Below are positions 13,190 to 23,883 of a stretch of DNA of 56,379 nt, one piece after another (the stretch's first letter is position 1; every line of letters starts with the position of its first letter). This stretch comes from an uncultured Synergistales bacterium (GTDB lineage Bacteria; Synergistota; Synergistia; Synergistales; Aminobacteriaceae): contig CALCQG010000168.1 in the NCBI GenBank assembly GCA_937897575.1, positions 1-56,379 on the forward strand. The letters run 5' to 3'. The notes beneath the pieces were generated by a model. The model was not told where the DNA came from, ran no database searches, and was given only the letters and a program-made list of their open reading frames with translations. A program made the translations under genes and the position numbers.

Positions 13190-14182
13190 CTATGCTTTGC
13201 CCAGAGCGCGGGCGCGCACGGGACAGGCAATGAAATGCCCCGGCTCTATCTCGATCATGACGGGTCGCTCGCGGGAACAGGCCTCCTCGGCATGGGAGCA
13301 CCGGGGATGGAACGCGCACCCCGACGGAAGGTCCATGGGGTCAGGCATCAGGCCCGGAATGACCGACAGCTCGTCGCAGTCCTCCTCAAGATCCGGGACG
13401 GATTTGAAGAGACCGACGGTATAGGGGTGGTTCGGATTGTCGTAGAGGCTTTTCGTATCTCCATACTCCACCAGCCGTCCGGCGTACATGATGCCGACCT
13501 TGTCGCAGGTCTCCGCCACGATGCCGAGATCGTGGGTGATGAGGATCATGGATGTCCCGAACTGCCTCTTCAGGTTCTTCATGAGCTCGAGCACCTGGGC
13601 CTGGATCGTCACGTCGAGGGCCGTGGTCGGCTCGTCGGCGATGAGCAGCTTCGGGTCGCAGGCCAGCGCGATGGCGATGACCACCCGCTGCTTCATGCCG
13701 CCGGAGAACTGATGGGGGTAGTCCCTGAGCCTCTCGCGGCGGATTCCGACCAAGTCCAGCATCTCGGCCGCCTGTTCGAGCGCCTCGGACTCCGAGACCT
13801 TTCTGTGGAGCTTGATCATCTCGGCAACCTGCTTATCCACCGTCATCACGGGGTTCAGGCTCGTCATGGGGTCCTGGAAGATCATGGCGATCTTCCCGCC
13901 CCGGATGGAGCGCATCTCCTCCTCGTCCTTCAGGAGCACGTCCTCGCCGTCGAAGAGTATCTGGCCGCCGCGGACGACGCCGGGCGGAACAGGCAGCAGC
14001 CGTGTTATTCCGAGAGCGGTGGTGGTCTTGCCCGCCCCCGTCTCTCCGACGAGGCCGAGGGTCTCGCCCCGACCGAGCTCCAGGTTCAGCCCTTCCACGG
14101 CGTGCACGGTGCCGTTGTCCGTCACGTAGTGGATCGTCAGTTCCCGGATGTCGAGAAGGAGATCGTTCGCGTTCATCGTCAT
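13190..14182 (-). CDS. Oligo/dipeptide ABC transporter ATP-binding protein (OppD/DppD-like)
   Basis: GETGAGKT, FSGGMKQR, ADEPTTALD and HPYT motifs. Confidence 0.92.
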   Translation of the reverse strand: MTMNANDLLLDIRELTIHYVTDNGTVHAVEGLNLELGRGETLGLVGETGAGKTTTALGITRLLPVPPGVVRGGQILFDGEDVLLKDEEEMRSIRGGKIAMIFQDPMTSLNPVMTVDKQVAEMIKLHRKVSESEALEQAAEMLDLVGIRRERLRDYPHQFSGGMKQRVVIAIALACDPKLLIADEPTTALDVTIQAQVLELMKNLKRQFGTSMILITHDLGIVAETCDKVGIMYAGRLVEYGDTKSLYDNPNHPYTVGLFKSVPDLEEDCDELSVIPGLMPDPMDLPSGCAFHPRCSHAEEACSRERPVMIEIEPGHFIACPVRARALGKA

Positions 14183-14200
14183 AAAATCACCCTCCCTCTC

Positions 14201-15097
14201 TCAGCGCTTCAGCTTCGGGTCCAGCGCGTCGCGCAGACCGTCGCCGAGGAAGTTCAGCGCCAGAATGGTGATCATGATCGCGAGCCCCGGGTAGAGGGTC
14301 AGATGGGGGTAGTCGCGGATGTACTGTCGCCCTCCGGAGAGCATGGCCCCCCACTCCGGGTAGGGCGGCTGGATGCCCAGCCCGATGAAGGACAAGCCCG
14401 CCGCGTTCAGGATGGCCGACGCCACGCCGAGGGTGGACTGCACGATGATCGGCGCCATGCTGTTCGGCAGAATATGCTTCAGGATGATCCGGATGTCCGG
14501 GCTGCCCACCGCCCTGGCCGCCTCGATGAACTCCATGCCCCGGATGGAGAGCACGGAGCTCCGCACGATCCGCGCGTAGTTCGGGACCGCCGAGATGCCG
14601 ACGGCGATCATCAGGTTCATGAGCCCCGGCCCGAGGGCCGCCACGATGGCTATGGCGAGGAGCGTCTGGGGGATGGAGAGCAGGACGTCCATGACGCGCA
14701 TGATGCCGTTGTCGATCCACCCTCCGTAGTAGCCCGAGACGGCTCCGAGAAGGCCGCCCACAAAAAGGGCGATGCCGACGGCGATGAACCCGACCTGCAG
14801 GGAGACGCGGGCGCCGTAGATCAGGCGGCTCAGGATATCCCGGCCGAACTCGTCCGTCCCGAGCAGGTACTGCCTCGACGGCGCTTCGAACATGTGGGAC
14901 AGGTTCTGTTTCGAGTAGCTGTGGGGCGCTATGACGTCGGCGAAGAGGGCGCAGAAGATCAGAATCAGGACGACGGCAAGGCCGAACATGGCCAATGGAC
15001 TTTTGCGAAGCCTGAAGAGCACCTCGCCAAGCTGGCTTCTCGTCTTCCGTCCTCCGGTCGTCGCGACCATTTCAACGTTTTCATTCATCGCCGCCAC
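14201..15097 (-). CDS. Peptide ABC transporter permease (OppC/DppC-like)
   Basis: LGTDEFGRD, EAARAVG loop, NFLGDGLRDALDP. Confidence 0.92.
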   Translation of the reverse strand: MAAMNENVEMVATTGGRKTRSQLGEVLFRLRKSPLAMFGLAVVLILIFCALFADVIAPHSYSKQNLSHMFEAPSRQYLLGTDEFGRDILSRLIYGARVSLQVGFIAVGIALFVGGLLGAVSGYYGGWIDNGIMRVMDVLLSIPQTLLAIAIVAALGPGLMNLMIAVGISAVPNYARIVRSSVLSIRGMEFIEAARAVGSPDIRIILKHILPNSMAPIIVQSTLGVASAILNAAGLSFIGLGIQPPYPEWGAMLSGGRQYIRDYPHLTLYPGLAIMITILALNFLGDGLRDALDPKLKR

Positions 15098-15100
15098 CCC

Positions 15101-16030
15101 CTACCGGTACTGCGCCTTGATGCGCGGGTCGATATAGGCGTAGAGCAGGTCGACCAGAAGATTGACGATGCTGAACGCCACGGCGACGAAGAGCACGCCG
15201 CCCTGGACCATCGGGTAGTCGCGCGTTTTGATGGCATCCACCATCAGGCGCCCCACGCCCGGGATGGCGAAGATGGACTCCGTGAGGATCGCGCCCGAGA
15301 GCAGATGGCCGAACTGAAGGCCGCAGAGGGTCACCACCGGGATCAGGGCGTTGCGGAGAGCGTGGACCCAGATCACGATGGACTCTTTCTGTCCCTTCGA
15401 TCGGGCCGTCCGGATGTAGTCCGCCCGGATGACCTCCAGCATGGAGGACCTCGTCATGCGGGTCACCATGGAGATGGACTGGGCCGCCAGCGCGACGGAG
15501 GGCAGTATCATGGCCTGGAAGGTGTCGAAGCCAGACGACGGCAGCCAGCGCAGGTGAACCGAGAAGAGGATGATCAACAGCAACCCCAGCCAGAAGACGG
15601 GCATGGAGAGGCCGATCATGGCGAAGATCATGGTCAGGGTGTCGAAGATGGAGTACTGTTTGATGGCCGAGAGGATGCCGCAGGGAACGCCCACCAGAAT
15701 GGCGATCACCATGGCGAAGGCCGCCAGTTTGAGCGTGTAGGGGAAGGCCACGAGGATCTCGCTCATGACCGGGCGTTTCGTGACGTAGGAGCGCCCTATG
15801 TCGCCATGGAACACCGCTTTGTAGAGATAGTTGCCGAACTGGACCAGATAGGGCTGATCCAACCCCTCCTTCGCTCTGAACTCTTGCAGTGCCGACTCCG
15901 TCGCCAGGTCGCCCAGCACCATTCTGGCCGGGTCGCCGGGCGTAAGGTACAGCAGGGTGAAGACGCAGAACGCCACGCCGACCAGGACGGGAATCAAAAA
16001 AAGGACGCGTCGGACGATGTATCGAATCAT
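15101..16030 (-). CDS. Peptide ABC transporter permease (OppB/DppB-like)
   Basis: PGDPA, DYIRTARSKG, NLLVDLLYAYIDPRI. Confidence 0.92.
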   Translation of the reverse strand: MIRYIVRRVLFLIPVLVGVAFCVFTLLYLTPGDPARMVLGDLATESALQEFRAKEGLDQPYLVQFGNYLYKAVFHGDIGRSYVTKRPVMSEILVAFPYTLKLAAFAMVIAILVGVPCGILSAIKQYSIFDTLTMIFAMIGLSMPVFWLGLLLIILFSVHLRWLPSSGFDTFQAMILPSVALAAQSISMVTRMTRSSMLEVIRADYIRTARSKGQKESIVIWVHALRNALIPVVTLCGLQFGHLLSGAILTESIFAIPGVGRLMVDAIKTRDYPMVQGGVLFVAVAFSIVNLLVDLLYAYIDPRIKAQYR

Positions 16031-16235
16031 CGCAAAATATCCATCCTTTCACCAGAACTTCAGTAGCCGAATGGGCAAAAGGCCCCTTCCCATCCGAAAG
16101 AGCCGGGCTCGCCCATCCGAAGAGGGCGCGATCCCTTCATTTCTGAGCAATGCCGGCAGAGATGGCTCCCTGCCGGCAAAGATGGACCATCTATGGCTTC
16201 GCTTCTTTATCTCGCGTCGCGCTCTTGCGTGGCGA

Positions 16236-17756
16236 CTAGTCCTCGAAGTAGACCTCGCGGAAGGAGTGGATCTCGTTGGCCTTCACGTTGAATCCCTTCA
16301 CGTTCTTCTGCGTTCCGGCGATGGACTCGTCGTTGTGCAGGTAGCACATGGGAACCTGGTCGTTGATGTAGAGCTGCATCTCCCGGTACACCTGGGCGCG
16401 CTCCTCGCCGTCGGGCATGCTGCGTCCTTTGGCCAGAAGCTCATCCATCTTCTTGTCGGCGTAGAACGTGTAGTTCGAGCCAGCGGTGGACTCAAGCAGC
16501 CCCGAAACGGCAAAATTGGGGTCGGGCACGGTGGAGACCCAGCCGAGCAGGAACAGGTCGTGCGTCTTCTCCTGGAGCCCGTTCAGATAGGCGCCCCACT
16601 CCAACACCTTGATCTCGGCCTTTATGCCGAGCTCCTCGAGCTGGGCCTGGATGATCGTCGCCATGTCGACCCGCTCCTTGCGCTCGTTTGTCCATATCTG
16701 GAGCGTGAAGGTCTTCGGGTCGATTCCGGCCTCGGCGAAGAGTTTTTTGGCCAGTTCGACATCCTGCACATGGGGCGGCAGCTCCTGGGCGATGGAGTAC
16801 TTGATCGCCTCAGGGATCAGGGAGCTGGGGGCCTTCCCCACGCCGCGCCACACGGCCTTCTGGATGCCGACCGTGTCAAGCGCCGCATAGATTGCCCGCC
16901 GGACGCGCACGTCGTCGAAGGGCTTTTTGGTGCAGTTGAAGCCCATGTAGGTGATGGACGTCTGCGGCCTGCGAAGGAGCACGAGATTCTTGTTCTCCTC
17001 AATGCGCTTGATCTCGTTGGTGATGATCGGGTAGGCGATATCGACGGCGCCCGTTTCGAGCTCGATGGTCCTGTTCGTCGGCTCGGGGATGGAGCGAACC
17101 TCCAGGGTCTTGTACTTGGCCTTCGCTCCCCAGTAGTCGTCAAATCGCTCCAGCGTGTACTTGTTGCCCTTCTGCCAGCTCACGAACTTGAAGGGGCCGG
17201 CGCCCACCGGATTCATGCCGAAATTCTCCCCCGCGGCCTCCACGGCCTTCTTGCTGACGATGGAACCCCAGCTGTGGGCCAGGGACGGGAAGAAGGAGAA
17301 GTCCACGCTCTTCAGGTGGATGACGACCGTGTAGTCGTCGACTACTTCCACTTCCTTCAGGTTCTGGGAGTAGGTCCTGATTTTCGCGCCGAGGTCCGTC
17401 GTGGCCCGCTCGAGGGAGTACTTCACGTCGCTGGCCTTCATCTCCTCGCCGTTGTGGAACTTGACGCCATGCCGAAGGAAGAGCTTATATTCCGTCCCGG
17501 AAAGAAACTCCCATTTCTCGGCCAGTCCCGGCAGGATCGTGCCGTCCTCGGCGAGAAACACCAGCGTGTCGTACACTTCGAAGCATGCGCGAGAGCTGGG
17601 AACGTCGTTATGTCCGATGGGATCCATGGTCGTGGCGTCGTACTGGTCCGCAACGACGAGAGTATCCTTTGCAAAGGCTGGAATCGCCAAAATGCCAAGA
17701 ACCATCATAACGCAGAGGAACATCATCACCGGCTTGCCTTTTAAAACCCGCTTCAT
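16236..17756 (-). CDS. Peptide ABC transporter substrate-binding protein (family 5)
   Basis: Signal peptide; PGLAEKW, LRHGVKFHNG and GAGPFKF motifs. Confidence 0.92.
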   Translation of the reverse strand: MKRVLKGKPVMMFLCVMMVLGILAIPAFAKDTLVVADQYDATTMDPIGHNDVPSSRACFEVYDTLVFLAEDGTILPGLAEKWEFLSGTEYKLFLRHGVKFHNGEEMKASDVKYSLERATTDLGAKIRTYSQNLKEVEVVDDYTVVIHLKSVDFSFFPSLAHSWGSIVSKKAVEAAGENFGMNPVGAGPFKFVSWQKGNKYTLERFDDYWGAKAKYKTLEVRSIPEPTNRTIELETGAVDIAYPIITNEIKRIEENKNLVLLRRPQTSITYMGFNCTKKPFDDVRVRRAIYAALDTVGIQKAVWRGVGKAPSSLIPEAIKYSIAQELPPHVQDVELAKKLFAEAGIDPKTFTLQIWTNERKERVDMATIIQAQLEELGIKAEIKVLEWGAYLNGLQEKTHDLFLLGWVSTVPDPNFAVSGLLESTAGSNYTFYADKKMDELLAKGRSMPDGEERAQVYREMQLYINDQVPMCYLHNDESIAGTQKNVKGFNVKANEIHSFREVYFED

Positions 17757-17836
17757 GCAACCATCTCCTCCTTAACGGTTTTTGTGTCCGTTTTCCGAGA
17801 CCAACGGGCGAAACGTCTTCTCTTCCGTGTAATTTC

Positions 17837-17865
17837 ATTATGGAGGAGAAGGTAAATTCCGTCAA
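17837..17865 (-). promoter_or_regulatory. Putative sigma70 promoter of the peptide ABC/peptidase operon
   Basis: Minus strand TTGACG-17 nt-CATAAT. Confidence 0.6.
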
Positions 17866-18001
17866 CAAGCGGGCTTGATGAACAAAAGTGCATTCCCGCA
17901 GCGCTCTTGTACTTCCGTTCACAAAGACTTCGACCAGGTATCCCTTCGTCCCCCCTTATCCCGTATAATAAGGCAACGTGCACAAAGGAGGTCTTGAATC
18001 C

Positions 18002-19228
18002 ATGATAACCCGCTCCCTTATCGATCTCGTCTTCTCGGCGTCGAGCATGGAACGATGGAACGACCACCCTCACCCCGCGACCTTCACGGAGCTCGGGAAG
18101 CAGGCTCACAAGATGATCATGGCATGGGTCATCTATCGGTACGAATCCGAGGTTCGCGAGACTCCGCAGAATTGGGGGTTCCTCATCGAGGGGGGCATCT
18201 TCGAGTTTCTCCACCGCGTCGTCCTCACGGATATCAAACCGCCGGTGTTTCATAAGCTCATGCAGGACACGAACCAGAGAGAGAAGCTCAACGCCTGGGT
18301 GGCGGACCGCCTCGAGGAGGATCTGACCAGGCTCTCGCCCGACTTTGCCCGTCGTTTCAGGGCGTATTTCGCGGAGCCCGAGGGCTCCTCCCTCGAACGA
18401 AAGGCCCTTCGGGCCGCCCACTACCTCGCCACAAAGTGGGAGTTCGACTTCGTCCATCACTGGAGCGACTCAAAATCCATGTTCGGCATCGAGAGCACGC
18501 GGGGGGAAATCTCGCGGCAGATCAACGAGCACAGAGACCTGAGGGCCGTGGACGAGATCCTGGCGGCGCGGGACCTTCCGGACAGGGACCAGGGCCTGTG
18601 GGGCTTCCTGTCCCTCGTGGGGCAGCTCGGGTTCCAGAAGCGTTGGGCGCAGACACCCCGCATCCCCCAGACCTCCGTCCTCGGCCACCTTCTCTTTGTG
18701 GCCATGCTCTCCTACTTTGTGTCCATGGAGATCGGGAGCTGTCCGAGGCGAAGGTACAACAACTTCTTCGGCGGGCTGCTCCACGACCTGCCCGAGGTCC
18801 TGACCCGGGACATCGTGTCGCCGGTGAAGAACTCCGTGGAGGGGCTTGACGATCTCATCAAGCGATATGAAAAGGAGGCCATGGAGGAGAAGCTGCTGCC
18901 CCTTCTGCCCTCCTCCTGGCGCGACGAGATCCGGTATTTCACCGAGGATGAGTTCGCCAGCAAGATCCGGCCCAAGGGGAGCCCCGTCGCCGTCCTCCTC
19001 CCATCCGATCTGACGGAAACGCAGAACAGGGACGAGCTTGACCCCATGGACGGACGGGTCATCGAGGCCTGCGACAAGCTTGCGGCCTACATCGAGGCCT
19101 CGCACTCCATCCGGCTGGGGCTTGCCCCCCAGGCCCTGGTGGATGGCAAGAAGAACATCTACAGCCGTTTCGGGAAATCGATGATCTCGGGGTTTCCCAT
19201 GGGGCAGCTCTTCGACTACTTCTGGTAG
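18002..19228 (+). CDS. Double HD-domain protein (YfbR-like hydrolase)
   Basis: ATG after AAGGAGG; MERWNDH..., QKRWAQTPR.P.TSVLGH, LLHDLPEVLTRDI, CDKLAAYIEA. Confidence 0.8.
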   Translation: MITRSLIDLVFSASSMERWNDHPHPATFTELGKQAHKMIMAWVIYRYESEVRETPQNWGFLIEGGIFEFLHRVVLTDIKPPVFHKLMQDTNQREKLNAWVADRLEEDLTRLSPDFARRFRAYFAEPEGSSLERKALRAAHYLATKWEFDFVHHWSDSKSMFGIESTRGEISRQINEHRDLRAVDEILAARDLPDRDQGLWGFLSLVGQLGFQKRWAQTPRIPQTSVLGHLLFVAMLSYFVSMEIGSCPRRRYNNFFGGLLHDLPEVLTRDIVSPVKNSVEGLDDLIKRYEKEAMEEKLLPLLPSSWRDEIRYFTEDEFASKIRPKGSPVAVLLPSDLTETQNRDELDPMDGRVIEACDKLAAYIEASHSIRLGLAPQALVDGKKNIYSRFGKSMISGFPMGQLFDYFW

Positions 19229-20415
19229 CCCCCCTCAAGGAACGAGAGGGCCGTCCCGGCCAGGATCTCTATCCCGACCGGCAGACACTCCTCGTCGGGA
19301 TCGAAGCGCGGGCTGTGGAGCGGAGGCTCTTCCCGTCCGTCGCCGTGAGCCGTTCCGAGGAGAAAGTAGCACCCCGGTATCTCCCTGAGAAAGTACGCGA
19401 AGTCGTCCACGGCGAGCTGCGGCCTGGTGAGCGTCACGGCCTTTCCCTCCCCGAGGAGGGCCTCCGCCGTCCGGAGCACCAGGGCCGTCATGGCGGAGTC
19501 GTTCCGGAGCATCGGATACCCCTCGGTGAACCGGACCTCCCCCACCGCGCCGAGCACATCGGGGATGTTCATCACCGTTCGTCGGATTTTCGCTTTGAGG
19601 GACATCCTCGTCCCATCGTCCAGGGTTCTGAGAATGCCGGAGAACTCCGCCCGCTCGGGGAGGATGTTCCGGGCCGTCCCGGCCCGGAAGGTCCCCACGG
19701 ACAGGACCACCGGCTCCGCGGGGTCCGTCGTGCGGGGCACCAGATGATGCAGGGCACTGATCACCTGGCAGGATAGGGCGATGACGTCCGTCCCGTTCTG
19801 GGGCTCCGCCCCGTGTGCTCCGCGCCCCTTGACGGTGCAGTCGAACATGTCCGACGCTGCACAGAAAGTGCCGCTGTAGGCTCCCACGAAGCCCACCCTC
19901 AGGGCCGGCGAACAGTGCAGCGCAAAGGCTGCGGAGGGGGTGCCTCCGGCGAACAGCCCGTCCTGCATCATGGGCAGGGCGCCACCCGATGTCTCCTCGG
20001 CCGGTTGGAAGACGAGGAGGATGCTGCCGCACAGATCTTTTCGGACGGAGGCCAGGACCTCCGCCGCGCCGAGCAGGCACGCCGTATGGATATCATGGCC
20101 GCAGCCGTGCATGAAACCGTCCCGTTTCGACCGCCAGGGGACGTCCGTCTCCTCGAAGACCGGCAGAGCGTCCATGTCCGCCCGAAGCAGCACCGTCTCT
20201 CCCGGAGCGTCCCCTTCCACCAGAGCGGCGACACCGGCCTTCCCCACCGCTCTCCAGGGGAGACCCAGCTCCTCAAGGCGTCCCGTCACCAGCGCGAGGG
20301 TCTCCTTGAGATCGAAATCCACCTCGGGACAAGCGTGCATCGCCCTCCGGAGGAGAATCGCCCGTTCCGCCGCCTTTTGCACCCTGAGCGCCAAATCGTC
20401 GCGGTTCATCGTCAT
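19216..20415 (-). CDS. M20D amidohydrolase (aminoacylase/carboxypeptidase)
   Basis: RADMDALP, MHGCGHDIH, FQPAEE and LHSPRF motifs. Confidence 0.9.
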   Translation of the reverse strand: MTMNRDDLALRVQKAAERAILLRRAMHACPEVDFDLKETLALVTGRLEELGLPWRAVGKAGVAALVEGDAPGETVLLRADMDALPVFEETDVPWRSKRDGFMHGCGHDIHTACLLGAAEVLASVRKDLCGSILLVFQPAEETSGGALPMMQDGLFAGGTPSAAFALHCSPALRVGFVGAYSGTFCAASDMFDCTVKGRGAHGAEPQNGTDVIALSCQVISALHHLVPRTTDPAEPVVLSVGTFRAGTARNILPERAEFSGILRTLDDGTRMSLKAKIRRTVMNIPDVLGAVGEVRFTEGYPMLRNDSAMTALVLRTAEALLGEGKAVTLTRPQLAVDDFAYFLREIPGCYFLLGTAHGDGREEPPLHSPRFDPDEECLPVGIEILAGTALSFLEGGYQK

Positions 20416-20546
20416 GTCACCTCGTTTCTTCTCTCGGTAATTCTACCGAAAAACAGGGAAAAAGGACACATTCCATTGACCCGCTTTCCTTCAGGACGAT
20501 ACAATATGGTCAGTATCGGAGCGATGGATACAGAGGAGGGATGTTC

Positions 20547-20930
20547 ATGAAAATATTCAATTGCCGTTTCGTTGCGATCGTCCTTTCCGTCGCAATTATC
20601 GCGCTCCTTCCGGCCACCGGCTTGGCGGCGGCGGAGGCACCGAAGGGGCCGAAGCTCATAGAGCTGATGACGACGACCTGTCCGGCCTGCGCGGAGATGG
20701 CGAAAGTGCTTGAACAGTTCACGAAGAAGCATGGCGACAAGATCGCCGTTCAGGTGGTCGATGTCCAGAAGTACCCCGACGTGGCGGGGCTCTACCGGGT
20801 GCGCTACGTTCCAACCCTCGTCTTCCTTGACGAGTCCGGGAAGGTCCTCGACAAGCGGGTGGGGTACATGCCGCTGGACGCGCTGGAGAAGTACTGGGCT
20901 GAGCTCGGATACGACCTGAAGGGCAAATAG
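20547..20930 (+). CDS. Exported thioredoxin-family protein
   Basis: Signal peptide, CPAC active site, VPT cis-Pro motif. Confidence 0.85.
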   Translation: MKIFNCRFVAIVLSVAIIALLPATGLAAAEAPKGPKLIELMTTTCPACAEMAKVLEQFTKKHGDKIAVQVVDVQKYPDVAGLYRVRYVPTLVFLDESGKVLDKRVGYMPLDALEKYWAELGYDLKGK

Positions 20931-20942
20931 CACAGCGTACCC

Positions 20943-21647
20943 ATGTCGTCGCTCTATGACGTTCTCTATGGCCTTTTCCACGGGAACGGCGCCGTAGCCT
21001 TCGCGGCTGTTTTTGTCTGGGGAATTATGGGGATGGTGCTGAGCCCGTGCAGCGTCTCCACAATTCCCCTTGTCGTAGGGTACGTCAGCAGTTCGGACGA
21101 CCCGGGAATATGGACGGCCTTCCGTTTATCAATGGCCTTTTCCGTCGGGGTCTTCGTGAACCTCCTCTTTCTCGGCGGTCTTCTCACGTCCGCAGGGGTC
21201 TTCCTCGGCGGGATCGACCGGTACACGAACTACATCGTGGCCGCGGCGTTCGTCCTCTTCGGCCTCCATTTGATGGGCATCATCAACCTCCCCTGGTTCA
21301 GAGGAGGGAGCGGCCCATCGACGAAGCGCAAGGGCGTCAAGGGGGCACTCGTGCTCGGGACGCTTTCTGGCCTCGCCCTTGGACCCTGCAGCTTCGCCTA
21401 CTCCGCCCCCGTGATCCTCCTGACGATCAAGACCGCCGCCACGGACCTCACACGAGCCCTGCTCATGCTCCTCTTCTACGGCCTCGGCCAGAGTGCCGTA
21501 CTCGTCGCCGCCGGGACGGCCGCTGACGTCTTCTCTCGCCTCTTCTCCCTGGGCAGTCCGGGCAGGACATCGTGGATGAGCCGCATCTGCGGGGTCGTCC
21601 TGCTCGCCGCCGCCCTGTACCTCATCCGGAACTCCGCCGTCATCTGA
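20943..21647 (+). CDS. ccdA: CcdA/DsbD-type transmembrane disulfide reductase
   Basis: LSPC and GPC transmembrane cysteine motifs; hydrophobic; follows the thioredoxin gene. Confidence 0.8.
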   Translation: MSSLYDVLYGLFHGNGAVAFAAVFVWGIMGMVLSPCSVSTIPLVVGYVSSSDDPGIWTAFRLSMAFSVGVFVNLLFLGGLLTSAGVFLGGIDRYTNYIVAAAFVLFGLHLMGIINLPWFRGGSGPSTKRKGVKGALVLGTLSGLALGPCSFAYSAPVILLTIKTAATDLTRALLMLLFYGLGQSAVLVAAGTAADVFSRLFSLGSPGRTSWMSRICGVVLLAAALYLIRNSAVI

Positions 21648-21661
21648 GCGGCAGAACAGAC

Positions 21662-22201
21662 ATGGACTTCCTTCTTCTGACGCAACGCCGGTACAGCCTG
21701 CGGCGATACAGCGACTCTCCGGTCTCCGACTCCGTCATCGACCGCTGCCTCGAGGCCGCCAGGAACGCCCCTTCGGCGTGTAACTCCCAGCCCTGGAGCT
21801 TTGTCGTCGTCCGAACGCCCGAGAGGGTCGCCGACCTCGCACGAGTCGCCTTCGGCGGCGTGTACTCCATGAACGCCTTCGCCGCGAAAGCCCCCGTCAT
21901 CATCGTCGTGGCCACCGAGCGGGCAGGGTATGCGGCCTCCGTGGGCGGCATGCTCCGCGGGACGCGGTTCAGCCTCATGGACGTCGGCATAGCCTGCGAA
22001 CATATCGCGCTCCAGGCTGCCGAACTCGGCCTCGGGTCCTGCATGTTCGGCTGGTTCAACGAACGCGGCGTCAAGAGAGCCCTCTCCCTCGGACGATCGC
22101 AGAAGGTCGACATCCTGATGGCCCTCGGGTACCCCGAGGAGGGCGCCCCCGTCCCCGTCAAAAAACGAAGGACACTGGACGAGATACGCCGGTTCGCCTG
22201 A
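21662..22201 (+). CDS. Nitroreductase family protein
   Basis: RRYSLRRY, APSACNSQPW, GLGSC and LGYP motifs. Confidence 0.88.
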   Translation: MDFLLLTQRRYSLRRYSDSPVSDSVIDRCLEAARNAPSACNSQPWSFVVVRTPERVADLARVAFGGVYSMNAFAAKAPVIIVVATERAGYAASVGGMLRGTRFSLMDVGIACEHIALQAAELGLGSCMFGWFNERGVKRALSLGRSQKVDILMALGYPEEGAPVPVKKRRTLDEIRRFA

Positions 22202-22281
22202 GTAAAAAAGATGCGTCAACGGGGCTTGCCCGTGCTACAATGCTATGGGACACCCATCTGCGTCCGTAAGGAGGAAACCAT

Positions 22282-22833
22282 ATGACCGCACTGTATGTAC
22301 TTCTGGGAATCGCCGCGCTCGTCGTGCTGTGGGCCATCTCCGTCTACAACCGACTCATCCGCATGCGCAACGTGAAGGACGAGGCGTGGAGCGGCATCGA
22401 CGTCCAGTTGAAGCGCCGTTTCGACCTCATTCCGAACCTCATGGAGACTGTCAAAGGGTACGCCGCACACGAGCAGGAGACCTTCCAGAAGGTCACGGAG
22501 GCCCGGGCAGCCGTCATGAAGTCCGGCTCCATCCTCGAGCGGGCCCAGTCGGAGAACATGCTCTCCGGCGCTCTGAAGTCCCTCTTCGCCGTGGCGGAGA
22601 ACTACCCGGAGCTGAAGGCGAGCACCAACTTCCTTCATCTTCAGGAGCAGCTGACCGGCCTCGAGGACGACATTCAGATGTCGCGGCGATACTATAACGG
22701 TGCGGCCCGCGACTTCAACATCGGCATCGCGACCTTCCCCGCCGTGCTCATCGCCCAGAAGTTCGGCTTCCACAAGGCGGAGTTCTTCGAGGCCGACGAG
22801 GCCGACCGGGAGACGCCGCAGGTCCAGTTCTGA
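22282..22833 (+). CDS. lemA: LemA family protein
   Basis: YNRL, WSGIDVQLKRRFDLIPNL, ENYPELKA and RRYYN motifs. Confidence 0.93.
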   Translation: MTALYVLLGIAALVVLWAISVYNRLIRMRNVKDEAWSGIDVQLKRRFDLIPNLMETVKGYAAHEQETFQKVTEARAAVMKSGSILERAQSENMLSGALKSLFAVAENYPELKASTNFLHLQEQLTGLEDDIQMSRRYYNGAARDFNIGIATFPAVLIAQKFGFHKAEFFEADEADRETPQVQF

Positions 22834-22926
22834 CAAGCGAGCGCCCTCCCCTGTCCCGCTGAGGGGCGGGGTGACGCGACGGACCGTGCAGAAGAAGGCT
22901 CGGAGGGCTGACGGAGTTTTTTCCCG

Positions 22927-23883
22927 TCAGCCCTCATCCTGTCTTTCGTCGATGGGAAAGAGCTCCCCCTGGACGCCCTCTCCCGCACGACACGAGACGC
23001 CCATGAGGCACTGCATGCGCAGCGCGTTGCGGACGGCGAAGTCCCGATAGCAGTTGTTGAACATGAGAAAGACCGTCTCCGCCAGAGCTGTTCCCTCCTG
23101 AACGGAGGTCCTCCACTCGAGCATCTCCCCGTCCGAGTAGAGGTACCGGAAACGCTCGGCCACCAAGGGTTGTCGCTTCATCCAGGCCTCCTTGTTCCGC
23201 CCGTGGAAGCGGACGACCATACCCCAGGATGCCGTCACAGGGGCGTCCCGTCCCACGGTCCAGTCCAGCTCGGGTTCGTCCACGGCCACGTAGGCCATAT
23301 TCCCCGCCCTCAGCAGCGAGAGGAAGGACTCCCTGTTCTCCGCCGTCATCCACGTCCTGTTCCGCACCTCCACGGCGATCCGAAAGGGACGGACGATGTC
23401 GCTGACCCGCTCCAGGTACCGGAGGGCCGGTGGCGAGAACTCGACCTTCGGGGGGAGCTGGAAGAGAAGATAGCCCATCCTGTCCATCTGGCGGAGGGGC
23501 TCGATGGCCGACGTAAACTCGCGCCACAGGTGGGGGCGCATCTCCTTCGGCAGGCCGCGGTAGTCGATCTGCCCCGACTCCGGGCGCGGGATATGATCCC
23601 GCGCCCACCGGGGAAGCGTCTCGTAGCGCATGGAGTGCAGGGTGAAGAGGCCCCAGGCCTTCACGTTGAACAGGAAGCCGGCGTAGGTTCGGGCGGCCCA
23701 GTGATAGACCTGGGACTGGTCGGGCACAGCGTAGAAGGTGCTGTCCACCTCCACGGTGTCGAAGTGCCGGGCGTACTGCCGGAGACGGGTCGCCGGCGTT
23801 GTGGCGTCGCCGCGGTACCACCCGCTCCCCATCAGGCTGCGGTCCGACCACGAACAGGTCCCGATCCGGATTTTTCCGTTCAT
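22927..23883 (-). CDS. DUF72 (YecE-like) protein
   Basis: IGTCSW, VEVDSTFY, FQLPP, VEVR, VRFHGRN and FNN motifs. Confidence 0.88.
   Translation of the reverse strand: MNGKIRIGTCSWSDRSLMGSGWYRGDATTPATRLRQYARHFDTVEVDSTFYAVPDQSQVYHWAARTYAGFLFNVKAWGLFTLHSMRYETLPRWARDHIPRPESGQIDYRGLPKEMRPHLWREFTSAIEPLRQMDRMGYLLFQLPPKVEFSPPALRYLERVSDIVRPFRIAVEVRNRTWMTAENRESFLSLLRAGNMAYVAVDEPELDWTVGRDAPVTASWGMVVRFHGRNKEAWMKRQPLVAERFRYLYSDGEMLEWRTSVQEGTALAETVFLMFNNCYRDFAVRNALRMQCLMGVSCRAGEGVQGELFPIDERQDEG

Noticed and set aside
16040..16235. Riboswitch or ncRNA between the peptide-binding protein and permease genes
   Set aside because: Only generic hairpins (e.g. TGCCGGCAG...CTGCCGGCA) of the kind common after ABC binding-protein genes; no recognisable aptamer.
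13160..17744. Long plus-strand ORFs (968 aa, 595 aa) and similar antisense ORFs such as 712..1716, 2471..3808, 4291..5802, 7633..9021, 23974..25713 and 37336..38802
   Set aside because: These are shadow frames opposite well-supported genes, expected from GC-rich codon bias, and contain no recognisable motifs.
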